IMG/VR virus record: IMGVR_UViG_3300020048_003650
Coordinates: 1-64,000 of that record
Direction: 5' to 3' (one strand)
DNA length: 64,000 nucleotides
From: a virus
Shown: in pieces, positions 36,075 to 45,068 of the stretch
Layout of the letters: every line of letters starts with the position of its first letter
Numbering within the stretch: the stretch's first letter is position 1
Made by a program: the position numbers and the translations under genes
The notes under the pieces: generated by a model
What the model was told of the DNA's origin: nothing
Database searches by the model: none
The model's input: the letters and a program-made list of their open reading frames with translations, nothing else

Positions 36075-37085
36075 ATGAAGAAAATAGTAGCTGTACTATT
36101 ATTAGCAGTATCCACATTCGTGGCATCGGCACAACAAATCACAGGCGCAGGCGCCACATTCCCTTATCCCATCTATGCTAAGTGGGCAGAAGTTTACAAT
36201 AAGGAAACTGGTATCAAATTCAATTATCAATCAATCGGCAGTTCAGGTGGCGTAAGACAAATCACAAACAAGACAGTAATGTTTGGCGCATCGGATGCTC
36301 CAGTATCAGGTGACAAACTATCCGAGACGGGGTTGTTGCAGTTTCCGGCTATTCTAGGCGGTGTAGTTCCAATCGCTAACTTAGATGGTTTCAAGCAAGG
36401 CGAACTGAGACTAACTGGTCCAGTGCTGGCTGAAATTTATCAAGGTACAATCCTTAAATGGAATGACGCTAAGATTGCCGCACTGAATCCTGGCAAACGT
36501 CTGCCGAATCAAAATATCACCGTAGTACATCGTGCTGACGGTTCTGGTACTACCTATCACTTTACAGATTATCTTGCCACAGTATCAAAGGACTGGGCAG
36601 ACAAGGTTGGTAAAGGTAACGCCGTGAAATGGCCAGCAGCCAGTTCAGTTGGTGGTAAAGGCAACGAAGGCGTAGCTGCTAACGTGACACGAGTTAAGGG
36701 TGCTATTGGTTATGTAGAATATGCCTACGCTAAAAAGAACAATATTAAATACCTTCAATTGCAGAATCGTGATGGCAACTATGTAAATCCCAACGAAGAA
36801 TCATTTGCCGCAGCAGCCGCTGATGCTGATTGGTTCAGTAAGCCAGGTATGGGCATTAGTATTATTGATGCTGCAGGCGCTAAGAGTTGGCCTATTGCTG
36901 GTGCCAGTTTTATATTAGTGTATGCAAAACCCTCTGATCCTCGAGCAACGGCAGAAGTCATTAAGTTTTTCGACTGGGCATTCCGTAACGGTAAGGCCAT
37001 GGCATCAGAGCTGGACTATGTGGCATTGCCTGACACGTTGACTGATCAGATCCGTGCTCGTGTTTGGTCACAGATCTCAAAGTAA
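36075..37085 (+). CDS. pstS: phosphate-binding protein PstS
   Basis: GAGATFPYP, YQSIGSSGG, FGASD, HRADGSGTT. Confidence 0.96.
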   Translation: MKKIVAVLLLAVSTFVASAQQITGAGATFPYPIYAKWAEVYNKETGIKFNYQSIGSSGGVRQITNKTVMFGASDAPVSGDKLSETGLLQFPAILGGVVPIANLDGFKQGELRLTGPVLAEIYQGTILKWNDAKIAALNPGKRLPNQNITVVHRADGSGTTYHFTDYLATVSKDWADKVGKGNAVKWPAASSVGGKGNEGVAANVTRVKGAIGYVEYAYAKKNNIKYLQLQNRDGNYVNPNEESFAAAAADADWFSKPGMGISIIDAAGAKSWPIAGASFILVYAKPSDPRATAEVIKFFDWAFRNGKAMASELDYVALPDTLTDQIRARVWSQISK

Positions 37086-37087
37086 AC

Positions 37088-37126
37088 CGGGTACAAGATA
37101 GAGTACACGCTGGAACTCGTAACCAG
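37088..37126 (+). repeat. ~38-bp direct repeat, copy 1
   Basis: cgggtacaagatagagtacacgctggaactcgtaaccag vs 39076-39113. Confidence 0.85.
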
Positions 37127-37130
37127 TACT

Positions 37131-37152
37131 AAGAGCCGAGAGGCTCTTTTTT
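37131..37152 (+). terminator. intrinsic terminator
   Basis: aagagcc-gaga-ggctctt followed by a T-run. Confidence 0.8.
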
Positions 37153-37175
37153 ATTACCAAGGGGTATATGGGGAT

Positions 37176-38048
37176 ATGAAGACTTATCGTTCAATTTTTG
37201 TCAGCGATGTCCATCTTGGCACTAAGGATAGCCAAGCAGAAAAACTCAACAACTTCTTAAAGCATAATACTTGCGATACTTTGTATCTAGTAGGAGATAT
37301 CATTGATGCGTGGAAGATACAACAAAATCGTTGGCGATGGAAACAAAGCCATACCAATGTAGTGCGTAGAGTACTAGGACATGCCAAGCGTGGCACTCGT
37401 GTGGTATTCATAGCAGGAAACCATGATGAATTTTTACGTTCGATGATACCGTATGGATTTAGTTTTGGTTCGATAGAAATACACAATCAAATAGAACATG
37501 TGGGTGCAGATGGCAAGCATTACTTGGTCACACACGGCGATCTGTTTGATGGTATTACTAGGCTAGCACCGTGGATTAGTTTTTTAGGAGATAGAGCATA
37601 TGACTTTATTCTCAGTGCCAACAGCAAATTTAATTGGATTCGTCATCGCCTGGGATTCGGTTATTGGAGTTTGAGTCAGTATCTCAAACAGCGAGTCAAA
37701 AAGGCAGTGGACTTTATATTTCAGTTTGAACGAAATCTAGCAGACTATTGTCGCAAGCGTGGCTTTGATGGAGTCATATGCGGACACATACATCACGCTG
37801 AGATCAAAGACATAGATGGAATAACATACATGAATGACGGCGACTGGGTTGAAAGTTGTACAGCACTAGTCGAACATCATGACGGCCGCTGGGAAATTGT
37901 AACTTGGACAAAGGAGAGTGATAATGGAATGGATATTGATAGTGATAGCAGTACACATAAACAATCCAATGGATCAACCAGGCCGAGTGGAAATACAAAT
38001 GCCCAGCCAACAGATTTGCGAACAAGCGTTGACAACAATCAAGTATGA
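37176..38048 (+). CDS. LpxH-family metallophosphoesterase, PlcP-type phospholipase C candidate
   Basis: SDVHLG, LYLVGDIIDAW, GNHD, HGDLFD, CGHIH, NDGDWVES; paired with a GT4 gene. Confidence 0.8.
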   Translation: MKTYRSIFVSDVHLGTKDSQAEKLNNFLKHNTCDTLYLVGDIIDAWKIQQNRWRWKQSHTNVVRRVLGHAKRGTRVVFIAGNHDEFLRSMIPYGFSFGSIEIHNQIEHVGADGKHYLVTHGDLFDGITRLAPWISFLGDRAYDFILSANSKFNWIRHRLGFGYWSLSQYLKQRVKKAVDFIFQFERNLADYCRKRGFDGVICGHIHHAEIKDIDGITYMNDGDWVESCTALVEHHDGRWEIVTWTKESDNGMDIDSDSSTHKQSNGSTRPSGNTNAQPTDLRTSVDNNQV

Positions 38049-38097
38049 ATTCAAATTTAAATCTTTCAAGGTAGAAGCACAGTGCAAGAAAAAATAA
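37924..38097 (+). CDS. small protein (57 aa) overlapping both neighbours
   Basis: AAGGAG RBS; MEWILIVIAVHINNPMDQPG...C...C. Confidence 0.6.
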   Translation: MEWILIVIAVHINNPMDQPGRVEIQMPSQQICEQALTTIKYEFKFKSFKVEAQCKKK

Positions 38098-39089
38098 TTT
38101 TAGTTATCACTGACAATACTCGGGAGCAAGTAAATGGCGTGGTTACAACTTTCAAGAATATTGAGGCGCTGGCTGTTTTGGACGGGTATCGCATTGTATA
38201 CCTTGATCCCGGGCAGTTCCTACATGTTGGTTGCCCAGGCTACCCTGAAGTTAAACTTGGCCTTCCTTGGCAGATCGGCAAGAAGATCGAGGCGTTGGCT
38301 CCGGATCATATACACATCGCCACAGAAGGTCCTGTCGGTTTGTGTGCTAGACTTTATCTTGACAAACGCGGCTATCGTTACAATACTAGTTACCATACTA
38401 AATTCCCTGAGTTTCTAAACAAGTTGTACAAAATACCTACCAACTGGACTTATTGGTATGTGCGTTGGTTTCACAAACATTCAGGACGAGTATTGACCAC
38501 CACACCTGGCATGGTTGAAGATCTTAAACAAAATGGATTTACAGATGTTATGCCGTGGACTCGTGGAGTTAATCGTGACAATCTTTCAGCAACACAACCA
38601 AGGACGGCCAACTCTGAACCCATACTGCTTAGTGTAGGACGCTTGTCGCGAGAAAAAGGTCTCGATGATCTTGTGCCTCTACAGCACGAATTTCAAATTG
38701 TGATAGTGGGCGATGGTCCTTATCGTGCTGAACTAGAACGCAAAATGCCCAAGGCCAAATTTGTTGGTTATAAATCAGGATCTGAATTGGCCAATCTTTA
38801 TCAACAAGCAGATGTATTTGTGTTTCCCAGTCGCACAGACACTTTTGGATTGGTCATGATTGAATCCATGAGCCTGGGCACACCGGTTGCAGCCTATCCT
38901 GTGCGTGGTCCAATTGATGTGATAGAACCAAATGTCACAGGAGTTATGGATCAAGACTTGCGTACGGCTGTGAATCAAGCACTGTTATTGAATCGAACAC
39001 AGGTAAAAACAGCAGCGCAGTCATGGACCTGGGAGCGGGTCTGGACTATATTTCGTGAAAGTCTAATAGAAAAATCGGATACAAGATAG
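38082..39089 (+). CDS. GT4 glycosyltransferase (Agt-like glycolipid synthase candidate)
   Basis: QVNGVV, HIATEGP, SYHT.FPE, GRLSREK, FPSRTDTFGLVMIE. Confidence 0.85.
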   Translation: MQEKIILVITDNTREQVNGVVTTFKNIEALAVLDGYRIVYLDPGQFLHVGCPGYPEVKLGLPWQIGKKIEALAPDHIHIATEGPVGLCARLYLDKRGYRYNTSYHTKFPEFLNKLYKIPTNWTYWYVRWFHKHSGRVLTTTPGMVEDLKQNGFTDVMPWTRGVNRDNLSATQPRTANSEPILLSVGRLSREKGLDDLVPLQHEFQIVIVGDGPYRAELERKMPKAKFVGYKSGSELANLYQQADVFVFPSRTDTFGLVMIESMSLGTPVAAYPVRGPIDVIEPNVTGVMDQDLRTAVNQALLLNRTQVKTAAQSWTWERVWTIFRESLIEKSDTR

Positions 39090-39113
39090 AGTATCTCTGG
39101 AACTCGTAACCAG
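39076..39113 (+). repeat. ~38-bp direct repeat, copy 2
   Basis: cggatacaagatagagtatctctggaactcgtaaccag. Confidence 0.85.
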
Positions 39114-39126
39114 AATAAATAATAGT

Positions 39127-41175
39127 ATGATTAAACGCATACTACTCTCGCCATGGATGGCTCTACTTACACTCACTCTTGTAGTGTTAGTTCGAGTTAT
39201 AGATCCCGCGTTCGTAGAGAGCGTTAGATTAAGATATTTTGATACCTTAATCGTCAACAAGCCCGCGACAGAAAACAATATCTATACTGTAAATATTGAT
39301 GAAACAGCGATTGACGAGTACGGCCAGTGGCCGTTCAATCGTTCTGTGTATGCTGATATTATCAATGATTTATATAAGCGTGATGCTGGTCTCGTAGTAT
39401 TCAATGTGTTAATGTCTGAGACTGATCGATCACGTGGCGACGGCGTACTCGCTAAAACTATGCAGAAAGCACCTGTCATATTACCAAACATACCCGCTGA
39501 ACAAACAAAGAACACGCCAAAAAATCCCGGTGTGGCGATATTAGGTCCCCAATATCTCAATACGGTAATCACGTACCCGGGCATTATTGCTAACATACCA
39601 GTATTAGAAAATGCTGCAGCCGGTGTAGGAATAGTTAACACTCTGCCAGAAATTGATGGAGTAAATCGTAGACTACCGCTAGTAGTCGCTGCAAATGAAA
39701 AACTCTATCCTAGTATGGCACTAGAAGTACTCAGAGTGGCAGCTGGTGACCCTAGTTTTCAAATCAAACTAAATGAATCAGGTGTAGAGCGATTACGGAT
39801 TCCAAAGTTTGGACCAATATCAACAGATAATCTTGGTCGCATATGGATTGATTGGAGTCAACAGTCTCGTTCAGTATCGCTATCAGAACTACCTGATAAT
39901 TTAGACGGTGCTATCGTGATAGTTGGTCTCACTGCTGCTGGTATCAGTAACCCTGTTCCCACTGCAGTCGGAGCCCAATTTCCGCATTATGTACAAGCCG
40001 CTGTGATAGGCACCATGGCCAATGGCGTCAACATTCAAAGACCAGGCTGGGCAGATGGTGCTGAACTTTTAACTCTGTTTGCTGTGGGTGTTTTACTTTT
40101 ATTTTTAACCGGTTGGACCTATGTTGGAATTATCAGTGGTATTGTTGTTATTGTTGCTTTGTATCCTATTTCCCTGTATGTTTTCACGAATCATTTGTGG
40201 CTTGTTGATATCACTTCTGCTGCTGGTCTTGTTGTCGTGTTACTTCATGCTTATGGCACTAAGTTTGTAAGTGAGTTCTTACAGAAACAAGCAATCAAAC
40301 GACAGTTTGCAGGTTACGCATCACCAACAGTTGTGAAGTTGTTACAAGAGAATCCAGACTTAATTAAGCGTGGTGTTAAGCGTGAAGTATCTATCTGTTT
40401 TAGCGATCTCAGGGGCTTTACGCCATTAGGCGAAAGTTTCGGTGATGATGTCGGCGGCTTAACTGAAGTCATGAACGGTTACATGGATGCTATTACTCAG
40501 CCAGTGCTGGAAGCCAACGGTATGATTATCAAGTACATCGGTGACGCTTCAATGCATATTCACAATGCTCCTATTGAGGACCCCGACCATGCAAAAACAG
40601 CGGTGAGAGTAGGACTCCGGATGGTCGAGGCTGTACGGGAATTCAGTAAACAGTTGGAGGCTAAAGGTCGACCGGGTGTTAAGATGGGTGCTGGTATCAA
40701 TACAGGACTTGGTTACATTGGCGAGATGGGCTCTACTCAACGACATAGTTATGATGTACTAGGTGATGCTGTATCTACTACTGCCCGTATTGAGAGCAAG
40801 TGTAAAGAATATGGCTGTGTGCTGTTGGTCGGAGAAAACACAGTCAAACAGTGCGGAGATGATTTCTTGTTTCTCAAGATTGATGATCTGGCGGTCAAAG
40901 GCAAATCAGTTGGAGTTGGCATCTACACGGTGTTAGGCGTCATTGGTGATGCCACGCTGCGACAGGTTAGAGCGCAGAGAGAACACGATGAAATGCACAC
41001 GCTGTATCGTGCTCAGAAGTTTAGTGAAGCAATCGAAATGTGTGAAGAACTAAAATCGGAGTTTGATGGAAAAATGACAGACTACTACGACATGTGGATA
41101 GAACGCTGTGAATTTCAAAAGACACAGCGTCTACCGGCTGATTGGTCGGGCGTGTTTATTGCCCAGTCCAAGTAA
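39127..41175 (+). CDS. CHASE2-domain class III adenylate/guanylate cyclase
   Basis: IDE.....GQWP, DGV.R, TM segments, FSDLRGFT, KYIGDA, GINTG, GDAV..AR.ES. Confidence 0.92.
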   Translation: MIKRILLSPWMALLTLTLVVLVRVIDPAFVESVRLRYFDTLIVNKPATENNIYTVNIDETAIDEYGQWPFNRSVYADIINDLYKRDAGLVVFNVLMSETDRSRGDGVLAKTMQKAPVILPNIPAEQTKNTPKNPGVAILGPQYLNTVITYPGIIANIPVLENAAAGVGIVNTLPEIDGVNRRLPLVVAANEKLYPSMALEVLRVAAGDPSFQIKLNESGVERLRIPKFGPISTDNLGRIWIDWSQQSRSVSLSELPDNLDGAIVIVGLTAAGISNPVPTAVGAQFPHYVQAAVIGTMANGVNIQRPGWADGAELLTLFAVGVLLLFLTGWTYVGIISGIVVIVALYPISLYVFTNHLWLVDITSAAGLVVVLLHAYGTKFVSEFLQKQAIKRQFAGYASPTVVKLLQENPDLIKRGVKREVSICFSDLRGFTPLGESFGDDVGGLTEVMNGYMDAITQPVLEANGMIIKYIGDASMHIHNAPIEDPDHAKTAVRVGLRMVEAVREFSKQLEAKGRPGVKMGAGINTGLGYIGEMGSTQRHSYDVLGDAVSTTARIESKCKEYGCVLLVGENTVKQCGDDFLFLKIDDLAVKGKSVGVGIYTVLGVIGDATLRQVRAQREHDEMHTLYRAQKFSEAIEMCEELKSEFDGKMTDYYDMWIERCEFQKTQRLPADWSGVFIAQSK

Positions 41176-41919
41176 CTACGCTGAGTTTGATTTCTTCTTT
41201 CTGTGATCGCTTCTCTTAGTATTTCCCTCTTGGGACTTTCCTATATTATTACGATGTTCATCTGTAAACTTTAGTCGTCCTCTACTCCAAGTGTCATCTG
41301 GTGGATTGAACGCCATACAACTCTTAATGCCATTATTCCACCAAGTTTTACCACGAACATTCGTATTTCCTCGTTGAGCATCTGCTGATCGTCTAACCGC
41401 ATCTTCTGATTTTTTCTTGCCTTGTCTTGCCTTGACACTATTAGCGACTGCTTCTGCTGATGGAGCACGCCCGCTATTAGATTTACCAATTCTTTTTTTC
41501 TTTTCTTCTGAACAAGGTCTTTGATTTAAAATAGACATTGTTCCCGACCACAGTTCTTTTGCCAATTGATATTCTTCTGGTGACATCTCAAGTCGTTGCA
41601 TATTCTCGTCATAAGCAGACGCCATCTTCCAATAAGCACAAACCATCTTGTGATAATTTGAACCCGAGGTCATCTCAATAAGTAGTTTGTGACAACGAAG
41701 GTGTTCAGCCGCTGTAAGTAGTATTAGATTCCACTTTTCTTTTTTGTATTGTGGAAATAATGATTTCGGTAAAGCATGATGAGTTTCATAATAGGAATAA
41801 TTTGGATTATTCTTTCTTAGTTTTTTTCTTGATTGTGTTCGTGCATATTCGAGTATTGAATAGTATTCTGATGTTGCACTATTATCAGTGAACGCTTCGT
41901 CGTGTGAATAAATATTCAT
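41176..41919 (-). CDS. free-standing HNH homing endonuclease with NUMOD3-like repeats
   Basis: E.HH..PKS...N...LT..EH...H; SEE.K.RI repeats; WWNNG. Confidence 0.8.
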   Translation of the reverse strand: MNIYSHDEAFTDNSATSEYYSILEYARTQSRKKLRKNNPNYSYYETHHALPKSLFPQYKKEKWNLILLTAAEHLRCHKLLIEMTSGSNYHKMVCAYWKMASAYDENMQRLEMSPEEYQLAKELWSGTMSILNQRPCSEEKKKRIGKSNSGRAPSAEAVANSVKARQGKKKSEDAVRRSADAQRGNTNVRGKTWWNNGIKSCMAFNPPDDTWSRGRLKFTDEHRNNIGKSQEGNTKRSDHRKKKSNSA

Positions 41920-41974
41920 GTTGATGCTCCTTACAGCATTAAAGTGAGTGGGGATTCCAGTCCCGCGACTCACA
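41920..41974 (-). promoter_or_regulatory. double-hairpin leader sequestering the endonuclease RBS
   Basis: minus strand gtgagt..ggga-..-tccc-actcac, then atgct-gtaagg-agcat overlapping AAGGAG. Confidence 0.6.
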
Positions 41975-41975
41975 A

Positions 41976-42269
41976 CTATTTATCTTTATCTACATCATTG
42001 ATATGTTTTTCGGATTCAACTCGTTCGTACTCTATCGTTTTTCCTCTCAGATGCAGTACAGTATTGACTTTTTGATTTAATCGTAGTAAATCATTATCAA
42101 GACATCTTACCCTATCAATCAGTGCGATCAGTACGGTGTTTGCTTCATTGATAACCGGCTTGATTTCTTTTGTAGCCCATGTGAATACATACTTGATCAT
42201 CATGCCCATGCCAACCGCCGCTACAATCGGAAATCCATACTTGTTGATTGCGTCAATAATTTCAGTCAT
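41976..42269 (-). CDS. small membrane protein (YvrJ-like GFPI motif)
   Basis: INKYGFPIVAA; paralog of the neighbour. Confidence 0.7.
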   Translation of the reverse strand: MTEIIDAINKYGFPIVAAVGMGMMIKYVFTWATKEIKPVINEANTVLIALIDRVRCLDNDLLRLNQKVNTVLHLRGKTIEYERVESEKHINDVDKDK

Positions 42270-42280
42270 GTTGTTTCCTC

Positions 42281-42562
42281 TTAATCTTTTCTACAATCTG
42301 ATTTGCCATCAGCACGAGCAATTCTATCAGTATCTGGTTTTAATCCTAGAGCATTACTTATTTGCATGTCTACTCGAATCACTTCATGATTCATGGTCTT
42401 AACACGATTATCAAGTGCTATGATGATTCCCATCATTCCTTTAACCGATGATAGTACACCAGCAAGTAGTAGCTTTATCGTTAGAAACATAAAGTAACCG
42501 CCGGCAATTGCCGCAGCAATCGGGAACCCCAAATCTGAGATTAGTTTAAAAATTTCATTCAT
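42281..42562 (-). CDS. small membrane protein (YvrJ-like GFPI motif)
   Basis: ISDLGFPIAAA; LDNRV..MN..V.R. Confidence 0.7.
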   Translation of the reverse strand: MNEIFKLISDLGFPIAAAIAGGYFMFLTIKLLLAGVLSSVKGMMGIIIALDNRVKTMNHEVIRVDMQISNALGLKPDTDRIARADGKSDCRKD

Positions 42563-42678
42563 GGTTAAACCTTTATTTTTATTATTGTAACAGTATTTAT
42601 CTGAGATATCGTCCAAAATAGTTGTTTTAAATGTGTAAATATAGTAGTATAAGTAAAGTTGCAACCAGGAGAATCACA

Positions 42679-43116
42679 ATGAGTAATAAAAAAATTCCGG
42701 TAATTGATATTATGGATTTCGAGGGTGTTACTATTGATGCTGCCAAATGGAATAGCGGAGTCTATACAGTGATGTTTAACTTTTGGAAAAACATTGATTT
42801 AGAAACCGTTAAGAAATTAAAAGCAGAATCTTCAGATGATGGTATGATATTATGTACTCATATCGAGTGTAGTACCTTACAGGAATGTTGGTCGAAAATT
42901 CATTTGGTGTTAAAAAGTCAAATTTTTGACGGCACAAATATTTTTCTTTATGGAAATTTATGGACCGAAGACGGTGAATTATTGCACGATATTGATTGGA
43001 TGGATTATTGTGATAATGAAACCGCTGATAGATTATTATCCGAAACCGTAATGGAAGAAGAACTATTAAAATACTCACTAATCAACATTCATCCAGCATC
43101 GTCTACGGTACATTAA
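42679..43116 (+). CDS. hypothetical acidic protein
   Basis: AGGAG RBS. Confidence 0.7.
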   Translation: MSNKKIPVIDIMDFEGVTIDAAKWNSGVYTVMFNFWKNIDLETVKKLKAESSDDGMILCTHIECSTLQECWSKIHLVLKSQIFDGTNIFLYGNLWTEDGELLHDIDWMDYCDNETADRLLSETVMEEELLKYSLINIHPASSTVH

Positions 43117-43227
43117 ATTTTACCAACAATATTTTACTACTAAATAGTAGTCATTAGTCCAATATGATTGACTATTAATAAAATATCTGTCATAATGTAC
43201 TATAGTATTTTTAAACAAGGAGAAGTA

Positions 43228-44391
43228 ATGAAACTTAATAAACTATCGGCTGCTGTACTGGCCACAATGGCTCTGGGTACTACAGCTCAAGCACAATCGT
43301 CTGTTACTCTGTATGGCATCTTAGATGGCGGATTACGTTATCAAAGCGCCAGTGTACAGGGTCAATCAGCATCAAACTTCGGTGCTGCCTACGGTGTTCA
43401 GAGTGGCAACCGTTTTGGTCTACGTGGAGTCGAAGACATTGGCGGCGGAAATCGTGTTACTTTCGTCTTGGAAAGCGGATTTGACTTAGGCAATGGCACA
43501 ACAGGTCAGGCTAATAGACTTTTCGGTCGTCAGGCTTACTTGGGCGTTGAGAATGATTCCTGGGGTCTGGCACGTATTGGTCGTCAATACAACTTTGCCT
43601 CTGATTACTTTGGCGCTATCGACCCGTTTAGTCAGGGATTCGGTCAGGCCAACATCGGTGCAGCATTCGGCGCAGCAAACACGCTCCGTATGAGCAATGC
43701 TATCAAGTATCAGTCACCTACAATGTCTGGATTTAAAGTTGGTGCAGCCTATTCATTTGCTAACGGCATGACTAATACTGCTATCAATAATAGTACTGTG
43801 GCAGCAGGCTCGTCTGGTTACAACTTTGAAACTAACAACAACGTTCGTCAGTTGTCATTGGGTACTAACTATTCCAATGGTCCTGTCTATGTTGCACTGT
43901 CATATGATAAAATCTACGCTCCCTCTAACTCTATCAGTGACAGTAATCCAAGTTCATGGAACCTTGGCGGAGCATACGATCTGAAAGTTGCTAAACTATC
44001 AGCAGCCTACGGTCAGACACGTGGTGGTTACATCCTGGGTCAGGGTAACGGCGCTACAGGTGCTGGTGTCAATCTTAACGGTAACCCAGCCAATGCTAAC
44101 GGCGATGTAATCTTTGATCAGAACATGGGATACAACAGTTATCTGTTGGGTGCTACTGTTCCAGTCAACACTGTAAGTCGTGTAATGTTGTCATGGACAC
44201 TGTTGACTCCTAACACCAATATGAAAGACGTTTACAATGCCCAGAATCAGTCAACATACAGTTTGGGTTATTCATATGACTTTACTCGCAGAACCAACGC
44301 GTATGCTTATGTGTCATACATGGACAACCTAGCAACAGTCGACACTGCTAAGAGCACCGTACTTGGTGTGGGTGTCAGACACCAATTTTGA
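43228..44391 (+). CDS. betaproteobacterial-type trimeric porin
   Basis: AQSSVTLYGILD, RFGLRGVED, LFGRQAY, C-terminal GVRHQF. Confidence 0.92.
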   Translation: MKLNKLSAAVLATMALGTTAQAQSSVTLYGILDGGLRYQSASVQGQSASNFGAAYGVQSGNRFGLRGVEDIGGGNRVTFVLESGFDLGNGTTGQANRLFGRQAYLGVENDSWGLARIGRQYNFASDYFGAIDPFSQGFGQANIGAAFGAANTLRMSNAIKYQSPTMSGFKVGAAYSFANGMTNTAINNSTVAAGSSGYNFETNNNVRQLSLGTNYSNGPVYVALSYDKIYAPSNSISDSNPSSWNLGGAYDLKVAKLSAAYGQTRGGYILGQGNGATGAGVNLNGNPANANGDVIFDQNMGYNSYLLGATVPVNTVSRVMLSWTLLTPNTNMKDVYNAQNQSTYSLGYSYDFTRRTNAYAYVSYMDNLATVDTAKSTVLGVGVRHQF

Positions 44392-44408
44392 TTGGTGAGT
44401 TCTAATAA

Positions 44409-44434
44409 TAAAGGCACCTAGGTGCCTTTATTTT
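44409..44434 (+). terminator. intrinsic terminator
   Basis: taaaggcacc-ta-ggtgccttta followed by T-run. Confidence 0.7.
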
Positions 44435-44479
44435 ATCTATTTGTGATGCTTAAGTAAATAGATTATTAAAGGAGATTTA

Positions 44480-45028
44480 ATGAAAGCATTATTAGCAGTC
44501 ATGTTATCCGCTGTTACATTTCTGGCAGTTGCTCAAGGCACTCCAGGTTATGTAACAGACGGTTCTGGACAAATCGTTAAGACAGGTTCTGGACTTTGTT
44601 TACACACTGGTACTTGGACCACCGCCGATGCAGTTCGCGGTTGTGATCCTGTTCCAGAACGTGCTCCAGTATCCATCGGTGGCGATGTGTTGTTTGAGTT
44701 TGACTCAGCGGCACTGACCGTATCTGGCAGGGCAGCACTAGATCGATTAGTGCCAACCGTTGTACCAGGTAGTACAGTTACCGTAGTAGGTCATACTGAC
44801 AGTATTGGCACTGCCCAGTACAATCTTAAATTGAGTCAAGAACGTGCTGGCGCTGTGGGAGATTATCTCAATGCTAAATCTGGATTTAAGTCCAAGTTTA
44901 TCGTACAAGGCGTTGGAGCAACTCAGCCAACTGAAGGTACTAAGTTGTGTACTGGCATGCGTAACTTCGAACGATATAAGGCTTGTTTAGCACCCGATCG
45001 TAGGGTAGTTATTACAGTCATCAAGTAA
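44480..45028 (+). CDS. ompA: OmpA-family periplasmic protein
   Basis: G.C..TG.W N-terminus, LFEFD, GHTDSIG..YN..LS..RA, PDRRV. Confidence 0.88.
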   Translation: MKALLAVMLSAVTFLAVAQGTPGYVTDGSGQIVKTGSGLCLHTGTWTTADAVRGCDPVPERAPVSIGGDVLFEFDSAALTVSGRAALDRLVPTVVPGSTVTVVGHTDSIGTAQYNLKLSQERAGAVGDYLNAKSGFKSKFIVQGVGATQPTEGTKLCTGMRNFERYKACLAPDRRVVITVIK

Positions 45029-45058
45029 TAAAAATGCCTCTTCGGAGGCATTTTTATT
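45027..45058. terminator. bidirectional terminator
   Basis: aataaaaatgcctc-ttcg-gaggcatttttatt between convergent genes. Confidence 0.85.
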
Positions 45059-45068
45059 GTCCGTCTAC

